Below, in pieces: positions 1 to 10,079 of a stretch of 64,000 nucleotides of DNA; the stretch's first letter is position 1, and each line of letters begins with the position of its first letter. The stretch spans positions 12,937-76,936 of the forward strand of contig JBKHGE010000005.1 in the NCBI GenBank assembly GCA_046539845.1, given 5' to 3'. The notes beneath the pieces are model-generated. The model saw only the letters and a list, made by a program, of their open reading frames with translations. It was not told the origin of the DNA and did not search any database. Both the position numbers and the translations under genes were made by a program. Source of the DNA: Desulfonatronovibrionaceae bacterium. Its GTDB lineage: Bacteria; Desulfobacterota; Desulfovibrionia; Desulfovibrionales; Desulfonatronovibrionaceae.

Positions 1-187
1 CCACACTTCCGTTACCCAGGGCCACGGCCACCATAAGGAAAAAGAAAAGGGCATGGGTTATCATGCCCACCGAGGCCTGGACATCCTTTCCCAGCCTTCC
101 GGCCACCAAGACATCCATAAACCCAATCAGAAAATGAAAGAGCATCATCAGGACCTGCGGCCAGGCCAACTTCCAGATGGTGCCCAT
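1..187 (-). CDS. MATE family efflux transporter, N-terminal part (gene runs off the window)
   Basis: Reverse-complement translation from ATG 187..185 gives MGTIWKLAWPQVLMMLFHFLIGFMDVLVAGRLGKDVQASVGMITHALFFFLMVAVALGNGSV. This matches the typical MATE N-terminus (LAxP...D..VxGxLG). The ORF is open to position 1 and is not in the ORF track because it is truncated. Confidence 0.6.
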   Translation of the reverse strand, partial: MGTIWKLAWPQVLMMLFHFLIGFMDVLVAGRLGKDVQASVGMITHALFFFLMVAVALGNGSV

Positions 188-269
188 TGAGGCCCCTTTA
201 ACCGGAGGAGAGACCGAGGCCTCGGGGATCGGGGCCTTGGAGGCCGGGCGGAGAGGGCCGAAGCGGAGT

Positions 270-1244
270 CTAGTCATTTTTGCCCGCCAGAGCTGCCAAT
301 TGGGCATCCATCAACTTTGCCGCCTCCAAGGGAGTACCCTTTTCCCTATCCCTTTCCAGACGCAGGGCACCCTGGGGGCAGTTGTTCACGCACACCCCGC
401 AGCCCATACAGCTGTCCCGGTCCACATGCACCTGTGCGTTAATCAGCTCAATGGCCCCGAACTGACAATTTTGTCCGCACAGCCCGCACCCATTGCATTT
501 ATCTGTATCAGCCAGACATACATAGCCGGAGGAGGCCAGCATAGGCACCCCGTTTTTTCGGGCCTGCATGGCCCCGCAGCAGCAGGAACAACAATTGCAG
601 ATGGCGTAAAACCGCCCGAGCATGGCCTCCTTGAAAAAGGCGTGATGCACGTGGCCGCGTCTGTCCTCGCTTCGGAGTATGTCCAGGGCCTTTTCGCGAG
701 TTATCCATCTGGCCCGGTCCGGATGGTGCTCGACAATAAATCCGGCAAACGGCTCACCTATGATCAGACACACATCCATAGGCAGGCAGGGTTCCTTGCG
801 CGCAAAGCGGCAGGGGCAGCGCAGGGCTGCTATGGCCCCGGGATTTTTAAGGACAATATCCCGGGCCGTGGTATAGGGTATAACCCTTTCCAGATCCCGG
901 ACTTCCAAATCCCTATCCAGCCGGATGAGCTGCTCCGCTCCGCTTAAGGGAACCACCTTGCCGTGATAGCTGTCCGCAAACGATTTCTTTGCCGAATCCT
1001 TTTTTTCGGTAAACGAATCCTCCCACAAAGAAAGCCTCTTGCCAATCCAGTCAAAAAACGGCTTTAAAAACCTAGCCAAATAATGTCTTCCAGTGGCCAG
1101 GGATATATAAAAATACGGCCAACGGCCGTAGACATAGGCGTGTACCCTCTCGGCAAAAGGCTGGTTCTCTTTTTTAGCCTCCTGCCAGAAAGCCCGGGTG
1201 GATGGCTTGAAAAAGAGCCTGCCCAGTTTTGAAAAATCCGGCAT
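270..1244 (-). CDS. 4Fe-4S dicluster domain-containing Fe-S protein
   Basis: 324-aa ORF. The C-terminus has two ferredoxin motifs (CNGCGLCGQNC, CMGCGVCVNNCP). An extra Cys cluster is also present (CPCR, CNCCSCCCG). Confidence 0.75.
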   Translation of the reverse strand: MPDFSKLGRLFFKPSTRAFWQEAKKENQPFAERVHAYVYGRWPYFYISLATGRHYLARFLKPFFDWIGKRLSLWEDSFTEKKDSAKKSFADSYHGKVVPLSGAEQLIRLDRDLEVRDLERVIPYTTARDIVLKNPGAIAALRCPCRFARKEPCLPMDVCLIIGEPFAGFIVEHHPDRARWITREKALDILRSEDRRGHVHHAFFKEAMLGRFYAICNCCSCCCGAMQARKNGVPMLASSGYVCLADTDKCNGCGLCGQNCQFGAIELINAQVHVDRDSCMGCGVCVNNCPQGALRLERDREKGTPLEAAKLMDAQLAALAGKND

Positions 1245-1306
1245 GGATCAAATCTCTCCAATTTTGCAAGCAAAGATTCGGAAAACGCCCAGTCCAGGGA
1301 CGCGGT

Positions 1307-2227
1307 TCATCCCGTTTGGTTCAGGGCCAGGTCCCAGGCCAGCAAGACAAAGAAACCTGCTCCCGTCCCAAAGAGTGCGGATATAGCTCTTGACGGAGGC
1401 AAGGGCAAGGGCTGAAAGCGAAGCACTGATCCGCAGGCAAAACCGGCGGCCGTGCCCCAGAAATGGGCCCCAAGATCGGTATTCTCCCCGCCTGTCCCAA
1501 GCAGGGCCAAAAGGGCCAAGGCCATAACCACCGCGTCTACGCTGTTCTTGAGCCCGCGCCTGTTCCTGTGCACAGAAACCATGATCCCGGCCGCGGCGAA
1601 CACAGCCGTGGAAAAGCCAATACTCAGGTGACCCGGGCCGCGGATCCAGGCGTTTACCATGTTCCCCAGCCAGCCGGAAAAGATGATCCCGGCCCAGCCC
1701 AGGCCGTTTCCCAACCGCGAACAGACCAGAACCACAAAAGGTGCGCCGAATACTACGTTGCCCAGCGCATGGGCCGGGTCGGCATGCAGGGTCAGGGAAG
1801 TCAGTCCCAGCCACCACTGCCCGGAAAGGATGGCCCGGGAATCGGCCGCTCCCGATTCAGTCCAGGCAATATCCTGCACACCGGGAAGATCCGTTTGGGC
1901 CCGGGTGAGACTGAAAAAAACAAGCAGGCAGCCCAAAACCAGCAAGTTGCCGGTCCAGGGCAAAGGGGCATCCAAAGGCTCATTTTCCCCAAAGGATACG
2001 TTTTCCCGCTCATAAGCCAGGATGTTCTCCAAGGCCCGAGAAGCACTGACCGGATCGACCATTATCCGGCCGGAGTCGAGTTCATAAGGTATACCCATGG
2101 CCTCCAGGACTAGGCTCCATTCCGCGATTCTGTCCCGGCCCTTAAACCCGTTTTTCTCGGCCCGGGCAGTAATATCTACCGCTTCCCTCCGGGGCAGTCC
2201 AAGGTCTTTATATTCATCTGGATTCAT
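1307..2227 (-). CDS. rhomboid family intramembrane serine protease
   Basis: Multi-TM ORF with the rhomboid motifs H-x3-N (HALGNVVF) and GxSxxxF (GFSTAVFAAAG). I prefer the start at ATG 2227 (MNPDEYKDL). The ORF track extends it to 2338. Confidence 0.75.
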   Translation of the reverse strand: MNPDEYKDLGLPRREAVDITARAEKNGFKGRDRIAEWSLVLEAMGIPYELDSGRIMVDPVSASRALENILAYERENVSFGENEPLDAPLPWTGNLLVLGCLLVFFSLTRAQTDLPGVQDIAWTESGAADSRAILSGQWWLGLTSLTLHADPAHALGNVVFGAPFVVLVCSRLGNGLGWAGIIFSGWLGNMVNAWIRGPGHLSIGFSTAVFAAAGIMVSVHRNRRGLKNSVDAVVMALALLALLGTGGENTDLGAHFWGTAAGFACGSVLRFQPLPLPPSRAISALFGTGAGFFVLLAWDLALNQTG

Positions 2228-2677
2228 ACTCCACGCTCCCGGGAGCCCGGCCGGTCGAAAGGAAAAAACCGCTCCTGAACAAGGACAAAAAACGATCTTT
2301 TTCCTAAGTGTATATAAGGTCCCTTTGACCACAGGCATGGATTCTTATGCCTGTGTTTTTTGCCTCCGCCTTATGCAGAGAAACCTCGAGGGATGAAATT
2401 CAACATCTCGCTATCGGGGCTCTCCCGATGTATATATTTGTCAATTACAACAAAAAATATTAAGGAAGGCCAGTTCGCGTATAGGACGAAAAATCCTTGG
2501 AGGCACAGGCCGAGAACAATATCTTTTTAAACTTGTGCCTTGCTTCCAGGCCGGTCGGTTTTGGGTTCTGGTCCTCATTTCAAGCTGACCCGCATATATC
2601 CCACTCGTCCATGCATAAGAACTGCCACCGGGATTGCCGGTGGCTTTGAGGTGGTGAACAAAAAGGGAAAAAATTTG

Positions 2678-3676
2678 ATGTCCAAAATTCTGGTAACCGG
2701 CGGGGCCGGCTACATAGGTTCCCACACCGCTTTGGCCTTGATCCGGGCCGGATACGAGGTGGTAGTTTATGACAATCTGTCCACCGGCAAGAAAGAGGCT
2801 GTTCTGCCTCCGGCCCGCCTGGAGATTGGTGATCTTGGGGACATCGAGCGGCTCGACCGTCTACTGCGCAGGGAAAGATTCAGGGCGATCATCCATTTTG
2901 CGGCCAGCATCATAGTCCCGGAATCAGTAACCAAGCCGCTTAAATACTACCAAAACAACACTTCCAAGACCATTGGACTCGTCGATCTGGCGGTAAAAAA
3001 CTGTGTCCCGGAATTTGTCTTTTCCTCCACAGCAGCTGTGTACGGCGTGCCGGAGACCGTGCCGGTGAATGAAAGCGCTCCCCTGGATCCGATAAATCCT
3101 TATGGTCGGAGCAAACTGATGAACGAGTGGGTTCTCCGCGACGCCCACAAAGCCCATCCGGATTTCAGATACGCCATACTCAGGTATTTCAATGTGGCCG
3201 GAGCGGACCCGGAAGGCAGACTCGGCCAGGAGACCCCGAACGCCACCCACCTGATAAAGGTCGCCTGTCAGGCCGCCCTAGGCCAAAGGGAGGTGCTTCC
3301 GGTGTACGGCACTGACTACCCCACCAGGGACGGGACCGGGGAAAGGGATTACATCCATGTCTCGGATCTGGCGAATGTGCACGTAAAGGCCCTGGAATAC
3401 CTGGAGGGAGGAAACCAATCCAGGATATTCAACTGCGGATACGGCCATGGTTATACGGTTCGGGAAATAATTGAGGCGGTGCGTGAAGTCTCGGGAAAGG
3501 AGCTCAACGTCAAAGAGATGCCTCGAAGACCGGGAGACCCAGCCCGGCTGATCGCCGACCCCTCACGCCTGAGCGCGGAGACAGACTGGCGGCCGCGCTT
3601 AAATGATATCCGCAGGATAGTGGCAAACGCCCTGGACTGGGAAAAAGAATCCGCCGGCCGGAAAGAGTCGCACTAA
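2678..3676 (+). CDS. galE: UDP-glucose 4-epimerase
   Basis: MSKILVTGGAGYIGSHT Rossmann N-terminus with the YxxxK SDR-extended fold throughout. The ATG at 2678 lies inside the longer track ORF 2540..3676. Confidence 0.9.
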   Translation: MSKILVTGGAGYIGSHTALALIRAGYEVVVYDNLSTGKKEAVLPPARLEIGDLGDIERLDRLLRRERFRAIIHFAASIIVPESVTKPLKYYQNNTSKTIGLVDLAVKNCVPEFVFSSTAAVYGVPETVPVNESAPLDPINPYGRSKLMNEWVLRDAHKAHPDFRYAILRYFNVAGADPEGRLGQETPNATHLIKVACQAALGQREVLPVYGTDYPTRDGTGERDYIHVSDLANVHVKALEYLEGGNQSRIFNCGYGHGYTVREIIEAVREVSGKELNVKEMPRRPGDPARLIADPSRLSAETDWRPRLNDIRRIVANALDWEKESAGRKESH

Positions 3677-3703
3677 AGTCAAGGCCCATGACCAAACCAA
3701 GGG

Positions 3704-3720
3704 ACGGCCGCAGGCCGTTT
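3704..3720 (+). terminator. hairpin after galE (ACGGCC-GCA-GGCCGT followed by TT), nested in an outer 8-bp inverted repeat 3677..3684/3721..3728
   Basis: Inverted repeats read directly from the sequence. The T-tract is short, so termination efficiency is uncertain. Confidence 0.4.
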
Positions 3721-3802
3721 CCTTGACTTCGGCCCGGGGATATTACATTTTTAGAGCTTAACCTTTATCTGCAACCGGACAAGATTGGAGGATCCGTACC
3801 TG

Positions 3803-6625
3803 ATGAGTGATTATAAAAAGACCCTGAACCTGCCTAAGACAAAATTTCCCATGCGGGCCAATCTGACCCAAAATGAACCCAAGATGCTTGAATTTTGGGA
3901 TAAAGTAAACGCCTATGCCAATATGGTCCAAATAAGCCCTGAAAATAAAACCTTTGTCCTCCACGACGGCCCGCCCTATGCAAACGGCAATATCCATCTG
4001 GGCACGGCCATGAACAAAATCTTAAAAGACATCATTATAAAATCAAAAAACATGAACGGGTACCGGGCGGAATACGTACCCGGATGGGACTGCCACGGTC
4101 TGCCCATTGAACTCAAGGTAGAGCAGACCCTGGAGGAGGAGAAAAAGGGGTTGTCCGTCCTGGAAATCCGTAAACGCTGCCGGGAATACGCGCTCAAGTA
4201 CTTAGACATCCAGCGGGATGAATTCAAACGCCTGGGCGCCTTCGGGACCTGGGAGAACCCGTATCTGACCATGAGTCCGGAGTACGAAGCAGCCACAGCC
4301 GGTGAGCTGGGCAGGTTTATGGCCCGGGGATCGGTAAAGAGGAATAAAAAGCCCATTTACTGGTGTTCCTCCTGTGAGACTGCTTTGGCGGAAGCAGAGG
4401 TCGAATACAGTGATCATACCTCGCCTTCTATCTATGTGGGCTTTCCGCTCAAAGATCCGAAAGCCGTAGATGCGCTCCCAGGGGCAGACCCGGAAAGGCT
4501 CTTTGTACTGATCTGGACCACCACCCCATGGACCATACCGGACAACCTGGCCGTGGCCCTACATCCGGACACCGAGTACGTCCTGGCCGAGGCTGGGGGA
4601 AAACAATTCATACTCGCGGCCGAACTCTTGGAAGAATGCGCCAAAAAGGCCGGCTGGGAAGACCCCAGGGTAGTCACCAGATTTCCGGGCCGGACGCTGG
4701 AGGGCTTAAAGGCCGAGCACCCGATTTACGACCGCGTATCGTTCATCGTCCTCGCCGACTATGTCACTCTGGAGTCGGGGACCGGATGCGTGCATACCGC
4801 TCCGGGACACGGACGGGAAGACTATGAAACCGGACTCAAGTACGGCCTGGACATTTATTCACCCCTGGACGATCAGGGCAGGTTTCTTCCGGAAGTGGAA
4901 TTCTTCGCCGGGCTGAATGTATTCCAGGCCAACCCAGAAGTAATCTCCAAGCTCAAAGAGCGAGGCAATCTCTTGGCCGAGGAGAAAATCTCCCATTCCT
5001 ATCCGCATTGCTGGCGATGCAAAAAGCCGGTGATATTCCGGGCCACCACGCAGTGGTTCATATCCATGCAGGAAAATGACCTTCGGGGCAAGGCCCTCCA
5101 GGCCATTGACCACGAAGTCACCTGGATTCCCTTCTGGGGCAGGGAGCGGATCCACAATATGATCGAGCACCGACCGGACTGGTGCATCTCCAGGCAAAGA
5201 AACTGGGGGGTGCCCATAATCGCCCTGATCTGCAATGACTGTGGTCAGGCTTGGTTCGACCCGGAATGGGTGCAGGACATAGTAAGCAGGTTTGAACAAC
5301 ACCCTGAAGGCGCCGACTACTGGTTTGAGACCGCGGTCGACGAATTGGCCCCGAACGATTTGAGCTGCCCCGGATGCGGCGGGCAAAGCTTTGCCAAGGA
5401 AGACGATATCCTGGACGTATGGTTCGACTCCGGAACCAGCTTTGCCGCAGTAGTGGAAAAGAGAAAGGAATGCGGCTTCCCGGCCGACTTGTATCTGGAG
5501 GGCACGGACCAGCACCGGGGATGGTTCCACAGCTCGCTTTTGGCCAGCATCGGCACCAGAGACCGGGCCCCGTACAATGCGGTCCTTACCCACGGGTTCG
5601 TGGTCGATGGATACGGCCGCAAGATGTCCAAGTCAGTGGGCAATGTTGTCGCCCCGCAAGAGATAATCGAAAAATACGGGGCAGAGATTTTGCGCATGTG
5701 GGTGTCTTCGGAGAATTACCAGGAGGATATGCGCATCTCCGAAGAGATCCTGAAGCGTTTGGTGGACGCCTACAGACGTATCCGCAACACCAGCCGGTTT
5801 TTGCTGGGTAATGTGTACGACTTCCACCCGGAACGAGACGCAGTTGCAGCCGAGGACATGCTCCCCCTGGACCGCTATGCACTGGATATGATCCTGACCC
5901 GCAGCAAACAGATGCTCCGGGCCTATAACAAATACGAGTTCCACAAGGTCTTCCATATCTTGCACAACCTGTGCGTAACCGATCTGTCCGCATTCTATCT
6001 GGACATAATAAAAGACCGCGTGTATGTGAACCCGCCGGCGAGCCTGGAACGCAGATCCGCTCAAACCGTTTTGCATCAGGCCCTCATGGTCCTTTTGCAC
6101 CACATGTCCCCCATTTTAAGCTTCACCGCCGAGGAGGTCTATCAGCACCTCCCGGAACAACTGCGGGACCAGGACTCGGTATTCAGCCTGAGGCACGTAT
6201 TTCCTGCGGATCCGGGGCTCACTGCCCGGGAAAAGAAGACCTGGGACCTGATAGTCCAGCTCAGAAACGAAGTAACCCGGGCGATCGAACCGAAGCGCAA
6301 AAACGGGACCCTGGGGCATTCCCTGGACAGCCGGATAACTATATACGCACCTGCAGAAATCCGCGAGGGGCTTGAGGAACAAAAAAAGCACCTGCGGGAG
6401 ACCCTTATTGTCTCCCAGGTCCTTTTAAACGATCCGGGGAGTGCCCCGCAGGACTGTTACCCGGCCCAGGACCTGGAAGGGGTGCGCATTGCCGTGGAAC
6501 CTGCCCGGGGTGAAAAATGCGCCAGGTGCTGGACTTACAGCGAGGAGCTGGGCCAAGACCCGGATCACCCCCGGGCCTGCCCTAGATGCACTCGGATACT
6601 GCACGAATTACAAGGCGGTGAATAA
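3803..6625 (+). CDS. ileS: isoleucine--tRNA ligase
   Basis: 940-aa class I aaRS with a HIGH-like [16 protein letters not shown], and C-terminal zinc-finger CxxC pairs (CARCW...CPRC). A GGAGGA RBS lies 11 nt upstream of ATG 3803. Confidence 0.95.
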   Translation: MSDYKKTLNLPKTKFPMRANLTQNEPKMLEFWDKVNAYANMVQISPENKTFVLHDGPPYANGNIHLGTAMNKILKDIIIKSKNMNGYRAEYVPGWDCHGLPIELKVEQTLEEEKKGLSVLEIRKRCREYALKYLDIQRDEFKRLGAFGTWENPYLTMSPEYEAATAGELGRFMARGSVKRNKKPIYWCSSCETALAEAEVEYSDHTSPSIYVGFPLKDPKAVDALPGADPERLFVLIWTTTPWTIPDNLAVALHPDTEYVLAEAGGKQFILAAELLEECAKKAGWEDPRVVTRFPGRTLEGLKAEHPIYDRVSFIVLADYVTLESGTGCVHTAPGHGREDYETGLKYGLDIYSPLDDQGRFLPEVEFFAGLNVFQANPEVISKLKERGNLLAEEKISHSYPHCWRCKKPVIFRATTQWFISMQENDLRGKALQAIDHEVTWIPFWGRERIHNMIEHRPDWCISRQRNWGVPIIALICNDCGQAWFDPEWVQDIVSRFEQHPEGADYWFETAVDELAPNDLSCPGCGGQSFAKEDDILDVWFDSGTSFAAVVEKRKECGFPADLYLEGTDQHRGWFHSSLLASIGTRDRAPYNAVLTHGFVVDGYGRKMSKSVGNVVAPQEIIEKYGAEILRMWVSSENYQEDMRISEEILKRLVDAYRRIRNTSRFLLGNVYDFHPERDAVAAEDMLPLDRYALDMILTRSKQMLRAYNKYEFHKVFHILHNLCVTDLSAFYLDIIKDRVYVNPPASLERRSAQTVLHQALMVLLHHMSPILSFTAEEVYQHLPEQLRDQDSVFSLRHVFPADPGLTAREKKTWDLIVQLRNEVTRAIEPKRKNGTLGHSLDSRITIYAPAEIREGLEEQKKHLRETLIVSQVLLNDPGSAPQDCYPAQDLEGVRIAVEPARGEKCARCWTYSEELGQDPDHPRACPRCTRILHELQGGE

Positions 6626-6628
6626 AAA

Positions 6629-7123
6629 ATGCTGACCAAATACAAACTTGTAAGCGGACTCGGGCTGGGGGTGCTTATCCTGGATCAGGCCACCAAGCTG
6701 TGGGTACAAAGGACTATTTCCTATTTCGAATCCATTGAAATCATCCCCGGATTCTTTCAGCTGGTGCATGTCCTGAACAAGGGAGCAGCCTTTGGTTTTC
6801 TGAACCGGGAAAACAGCAGTTGGCAAACCTATTTCTTTATTGCGGTCACCGCCTTGGCTGTAGTCCTTATTTTCCATCTGGTACACACTGTCCCCCGACA
6901 GGACAAATATCTGTTTACCGGACTGGGCCTTATTTTAGGCGGAGCACTGGGCAATTTAATAGACAGGATCCGACTGGGAGAGGTCATAGACTTTCTGGAT
7001 TTCTATCTAGGTCAATACCACTGGCCGGCCTTTAATATAGCGGATACAGCTATTTCCATCGGCCTCATCTTTCTGGTGATCTCTTTTTATAAAAGGAAAT
7101 CAGATGCATCCCATACTCCTTGA
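6629..7123 (+). CDS. lspA: lipoprotein signal peptidase II
   Basis: 164-aa 4-TM protein with NxGAAFG and FNIADxxI motifs. It starts 3 nt after ileS, the classic ileS-lspA synteny. Confidence 0.9.
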   Translation: MLTKYKLVSGLGLGVLILDQATKLWVQRTISYFESIEIIPGFFQLVHVLNKGAAFGFLNRENSSWQTYFFIAVTALAVVLIFHLVHTVPRQDKYLFTGLGLILGGALGNLIDRIRLGEVIDFLDFYLGQYHWPAFNIADTAISIGLIFLVISFYKRKSDASHTP

Positions 7124-7853
7124 ATTCGGCCCGATCACTATACACAGCTACGGTTTTTTTATTGCCCTGGCCTTTCTGGCCGGGATGACTTGGACTATGC
7201 GCGAGGCCAACCAAAGGGATCTTCCCGCCAAATACGTCCCGGACTTCTCCTTTTATATCATCCTGGGGAGTATTATTGGGGCCAGGATATTATATGTCCT
7301 TTTAAACCCAACTTATTTCTTGAAAAACCCCTTGGAAGCCGTCATGTTCTGGAAGGGCGGCCTGGTCTTTCTGGGTGGGGCTATCGTGGCCACTCTTCTG
7401 GGGTATTTGTTTTTACGGAAAAAAAGCCAGCCCGTTTGGCCGTGGTTGGATGCACTCGCCCCGGGTCTGGCCCTGGGCCAGGCCATCGGACGGCTGGGAT
7501 GCGTGTTCGCCGGATGCTGCTACGGACAGACATGCAATCTGCCCTGGGCTGTCACCTTTACCGCGCCCGAGAGTCTGGCTCCTGTGCACGTACCCTTGCA
7601 TCCGACCCAAATCTATCACTCTCTGGCCGGGCTGATCACCTTCGCCCTGCTCTTGGTGTTGAAAAAAAGGACCACTGAACCGGGCAAATTGATGGGTGCA
7701 TTTTTAATCCTGTATTCTGTTTTCCGTTTTAACATCGAATTTTTCCGCGGAGACTACCGTGGGGACCTGGGAATCTTGAGCGTCACCCAGCTTTTGGCTG
7801 CAGGCATATTCATCCTGGGCGTGACCATTGTTGCTTCGAGGAAGAGAACATGA
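7104..7853 (+). CDS. lgt: prolipoprotein diacylglyceryl transferase
   Basis: Has the N-terminal FGPITIHSYG motif, GARIG/GRLGC and GCCYG motifs. It overlaps the lspA end by 20 nt. Confidence 0.9.
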   Translation: MHPILLEFGPITIHSYGFFIALAFLAGMTWTMREANQRDLPAKYVPDFSFYIILGSIIGARILYVLLNPTYFLKNPLEAVMFWKGGLVFLGGAIVATLLGYLFLRKKSQPVWPWLDALAPGLALGQAIGRLGCVFAGCCYGQTCNLPWAVTFTAPESLAPVHVPLHPTQIYHSLAGLITFALLLVLKKRTTEPGKLMGAFLILYSVFRFNIEFFRGDYRGDLGILSVTQLLAAGIFILGVTIVASRKRT

Positions 7854-8062
7854 ATGCCGTTTTGACCAATGCACCACTTGTAATTATATTGCTCTTTATC
7901 CCTATCTTGCCTAATCTGTGGGCCATCTGGCATATTTTTCGCAGTGACTTTAACACAGGGCAGGAAAAAATGATCTGGCTGGCGGTAGCGGTTTTTATGC
8001 CGATTTTGGGCGGGATCATATACATTTTCTGGGGGAGGAGACGTGGACAAAGGGTTATCTAA
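7850..8062 (+). CDS. small 2-TM membrane protein, PLD-nuclease N-terminal (PLDc_N)-like
   Basis: 70 aa with two hydrophobic helices and a basic tail (WGRRRGQR). An ATGA overlap with the lgt stop suggests translational coupling. Confidence 0.55.
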   Translation: MNAVLTNAPLVIILLFIPILPNLWAIWHIFRSDFNTGQEKMIWLAVAVFMPILGGIIYIFWGRRRGQRVI

Positions 8063-8945
8063 TAGCTTGAGCAGCGCGGCCGTACTTGCCTGTGTTCTGC
8101 TTCTGGCCGGATGCGCGGCCAAAACTGACCTCCAAAGCCTGGAATCCAGTCTGCGCAGTCAAAACAAAGAGCTGCGTCAAGAAAACAAAGAACTAAAGAC
8201 CAGGATGCAGGAACTGGAAAACAGTTTGGACACCGGGATCAACAAGATGCAAAAAGATTTGCGCAATGCAAGCTCCCCGGTGCAAAGCAAGCAGGCCGAG
8301 ATGTGGGCGGAGATGGAATCTTTGCGTGTGGAGCAGGCCCAACTCATGGGGGAAGTGGATTCATTGAAACGGGAGATCGCCTCCCGGGACCAGGACCCCG
8401 CAAATGCCACATCCGGCCTGGAAGAAATGGTCCGAAAACACGAAAGATACTGGGAAATAACTCAAAAGGAGCTGGACCTGCAGCTGGACGGCCCCCGGGA
8501 GAAAGAGTCCGGGGACAATAGCCAAGAGAAAGAAGAAGAAGAAGAAAAAGAAGAGGAAAAATATTCTTTTGACACCCCGGAGGAAATGTACAAGCAGGCC
8601 TTGAAGGCCTTTTACGACCGCGAATACGACAAAGCCCAAGACATATGGAAGGAGTTCACCCGCAAATACCCGGATCATAATTTGGTCCCCAACGCTTGGT
8701 TTTGGCAGGGAGAGGCCTTTTATCAGATGCAGGACTATGCCCACGCCGTACTCGGGTACCAAAAGGTCATTGCCGATTACCCAAAAAGCAACAAGAACCA
8801 GGCCAGTATGCTCAAACAGGGCATCTCTTTTTATGAAATGGGGAAGAACAAGGCGGGACGTTTGATTCTGGAAGAACTCATAGATAAACACCCGGAATCC
8901 AGCGAGGCCCGTCGGGCAAAAGGATTTTTAACTGATCAAGAATAA
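8043..8945 (+). CDS. CpoB/YbgF-like TPR lipoprotein (coiled coil, acidic linker, YbgF-type TPR domain)
   Basis: Lipobox LLLAGC, heptad-rich N-terminal half, E/K low-complexity linker. The C-terminal segment YKQALKAFYDREYDKAQDIWKEFTRKYPDHNLVPNAWFWQGEAFY is typical of YbgF. Confidence 0.7.
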   Translation: MDKGLSNSLSSAAVLACVLLLAGCAAKTDLQSLESSLRSQNKELRQENKELKTRMQELENSLDTGINKMQKDLRNASSPVQSKQAEMWAEMESLRVEQAQLMGEVDSLKREIASRDQDPANATSGLEEMVRKHERYWEITQKELDLQLDGPREKESGDNSQEKEEEEEKEEEKYSFDTPEEMYKQALKAFYDREYDKAQDIWKEFTRKYPDHNLVPNAWFWQGEAFYQMQDYAHAVLGYQKVIADYPKSNKNQASMLKQGISFYEMGKNKAGRLILEELIDKHPESSEARRAKGFLTDQE

Positions 8946-8971
8946 CCTGTAACCTCAGGATCTTCGCTTCT

Positions 8972-9409
8972 ATGCTGGCATCACCCAAACAATATTCCAA
9001 GTTCATTGTACTCCATTTTGCTCCGGAGATTGCCCGGAGCCCGATGATGTATAATCTGTCCAGGAAATTCGACCTCACGTTCAACATCCTCAAAGCCAGG
9101 ATCAATCCCCGGGAGGAAGGACATATGATCCTGGAACTATCCGGGGCAGAGGACGATTTCCACCGCGGTATAACCTATCTACAGGAGCACGGTATATCTG
9201 TGCAGGAAGTCTCCCAGCACATATCCAGGGACGAAAAGGCCTGCATGCACTGCGGGATATGTACAGCAGTCTGTGCCACCCAGGCCTTGTATCTGGATAT
9301 GGAATCCAGGGAAGTCCAATTTGACTCCAATAAATGCACTGCCTGCGGGATGTGCACCCTAGTCTGCCCCGTGGATGCCATGCACGTGGAGATGAATGAT
9401 GACCTTTGA
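8972..9409 (+). CDS. NIL-domain / 2x[4Fe-4S] ferredoxin fusion protein
   Basis: N-terminal NIL-like segment (PMMYNLSRKFDLTFNILKARI...GHMILEL). C-terminal motifs CMHCGICTAVC and CTACGMCTLVCP. Confidence 0.75.
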   Translation: MLASPKQYSKFIVLHFAPEIARSPMMYNLSRKFDLTFNILKARINPREEGHMILELSGAEDDFHRGITYLQEHGISVQEVSQHISRDEKACMHCGICTAVCATQALYLDMESREVQFDSNKCTACGMCTLVCPVDAMHVEMNDDL

Positions 9410-9548
9410 CACTGTCCCGGACCGACTATATATTTTTGGATAATCCGCTTTGGACCCGGTCGGCTCAAAAGATCTGAGGCCGGTAAACAAGCCCCGCCTC
9501 TGCGGACAAAATCTTTTAGCGGGGAACAAATCACAATAGGAGGTGGCC

Positions 9549-10079
9549 GTGGAGAAACAAAGCCGAACCTATATGCGGATTACAACACGAATTCAGGGGT
9601 ATATCCGCCGCCTGGCCTCTTCTGACACCCGGCCTCTGGCCTCGGCCTGTCCCTCCTGTTTCTCCGGTTCGGGCTCCAAAAACCTGCAGAGCGTTCAGCT
9701 GCCCCAGGACCTGCTTAACTACCTAAAAGAGCTGGACTCCAAGCTGGATATGATCCTAAGCCTTTTGAACCAGGAATACCTGCAAAACCAATTCGAGTTG
9801 CAATGCGATGTGGTGGAGATAAGCGGAGCAGGCTTGCAATTTGTGTCTTCGGAAGAGTTTGAATCCGGAGAAGCGATGGAGATGGTCCTAATCTTGTCCC
9901 AGATCCCGTTTCGCGTGGTCGGCCTGGTGGGCTCCATTCACAGGTTAGAGGGCCACTCCGGGGGGAAAAACATCTATGCGGTGGAATACACCTCCATTCG
10001 CGACGAGGACCGGGAAGCCATAGTCCAATTCGTATTTCACGAACAGCGGGAGCAGATAAGGGAGCGTCAGAATGTTTGA
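9549..10079 (+). CDS. PilZ domain protein (long helical insertion between RxxxR and xxSxxG)
   Basis: RTYMR (RxxxR) near the N-terminus and EISGAGL ([D/N/E]xSxxG) about 85 aa later. An AGGAGG RBS ends 5 nt before GTG 9549. The track start 9543 lies within the RBS, and ATG 9573 is an alternative. Confidence 0.65.
   Translation: MEKQSRTYMRITTRIQGYIRRLASSDTRPLASACPSCFSGSGSKNLQSVQLPQDLLNYLKELDSKLDMILSLLNQEYLQNQFELQCDVVEISGAGLQFVSSEEFESGEAMEMVLILSQIPFRVVGLVGSIHRLEGHSGGKNIYAVEYTSIRDEDREAIVQFVFHEQREQIRERQNV

Noticed and set aside
177-947. Long ORFs antisense to or out of frame with confident genes. Examples: 177..947, 1463..2113, 4859..5593, 12989..13618, 24705..25439, 38489..39121, 40669..41703, 41883..42851, 43855..44607, 46644..47672, 53037..53789, 61708..62379.
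   Set aside because: They are shadow ORFs typical of GC-rich DNA. Their translations are Arg/Pro/Gly-rich with no motifs, and each fully overlaps a gene with clear family signatures.
2540-2677. N-terminal extensions suggested by the longest-ORF track for galE (2540), yedE (17674), the kinase-like gene (19541), the HDOD gene (13855), the cpoB-like gene (16227), cheR (43577), porB (53170), porA (54266) and tilS (57866).
   Set aside because: The extensions overlap upstream genes or lack family similarity. Internal ATGs with RBS-like sequences match the conserved protein N-termini.
8521-8560. GAA/GAG-rich simple repeat.
   Set aside because: It lies in frame inside the cpoB-like gene and encodes the acidic linker (EKEEEEEKEEEK). 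It is not a CRISPR or a non-coding repeat.
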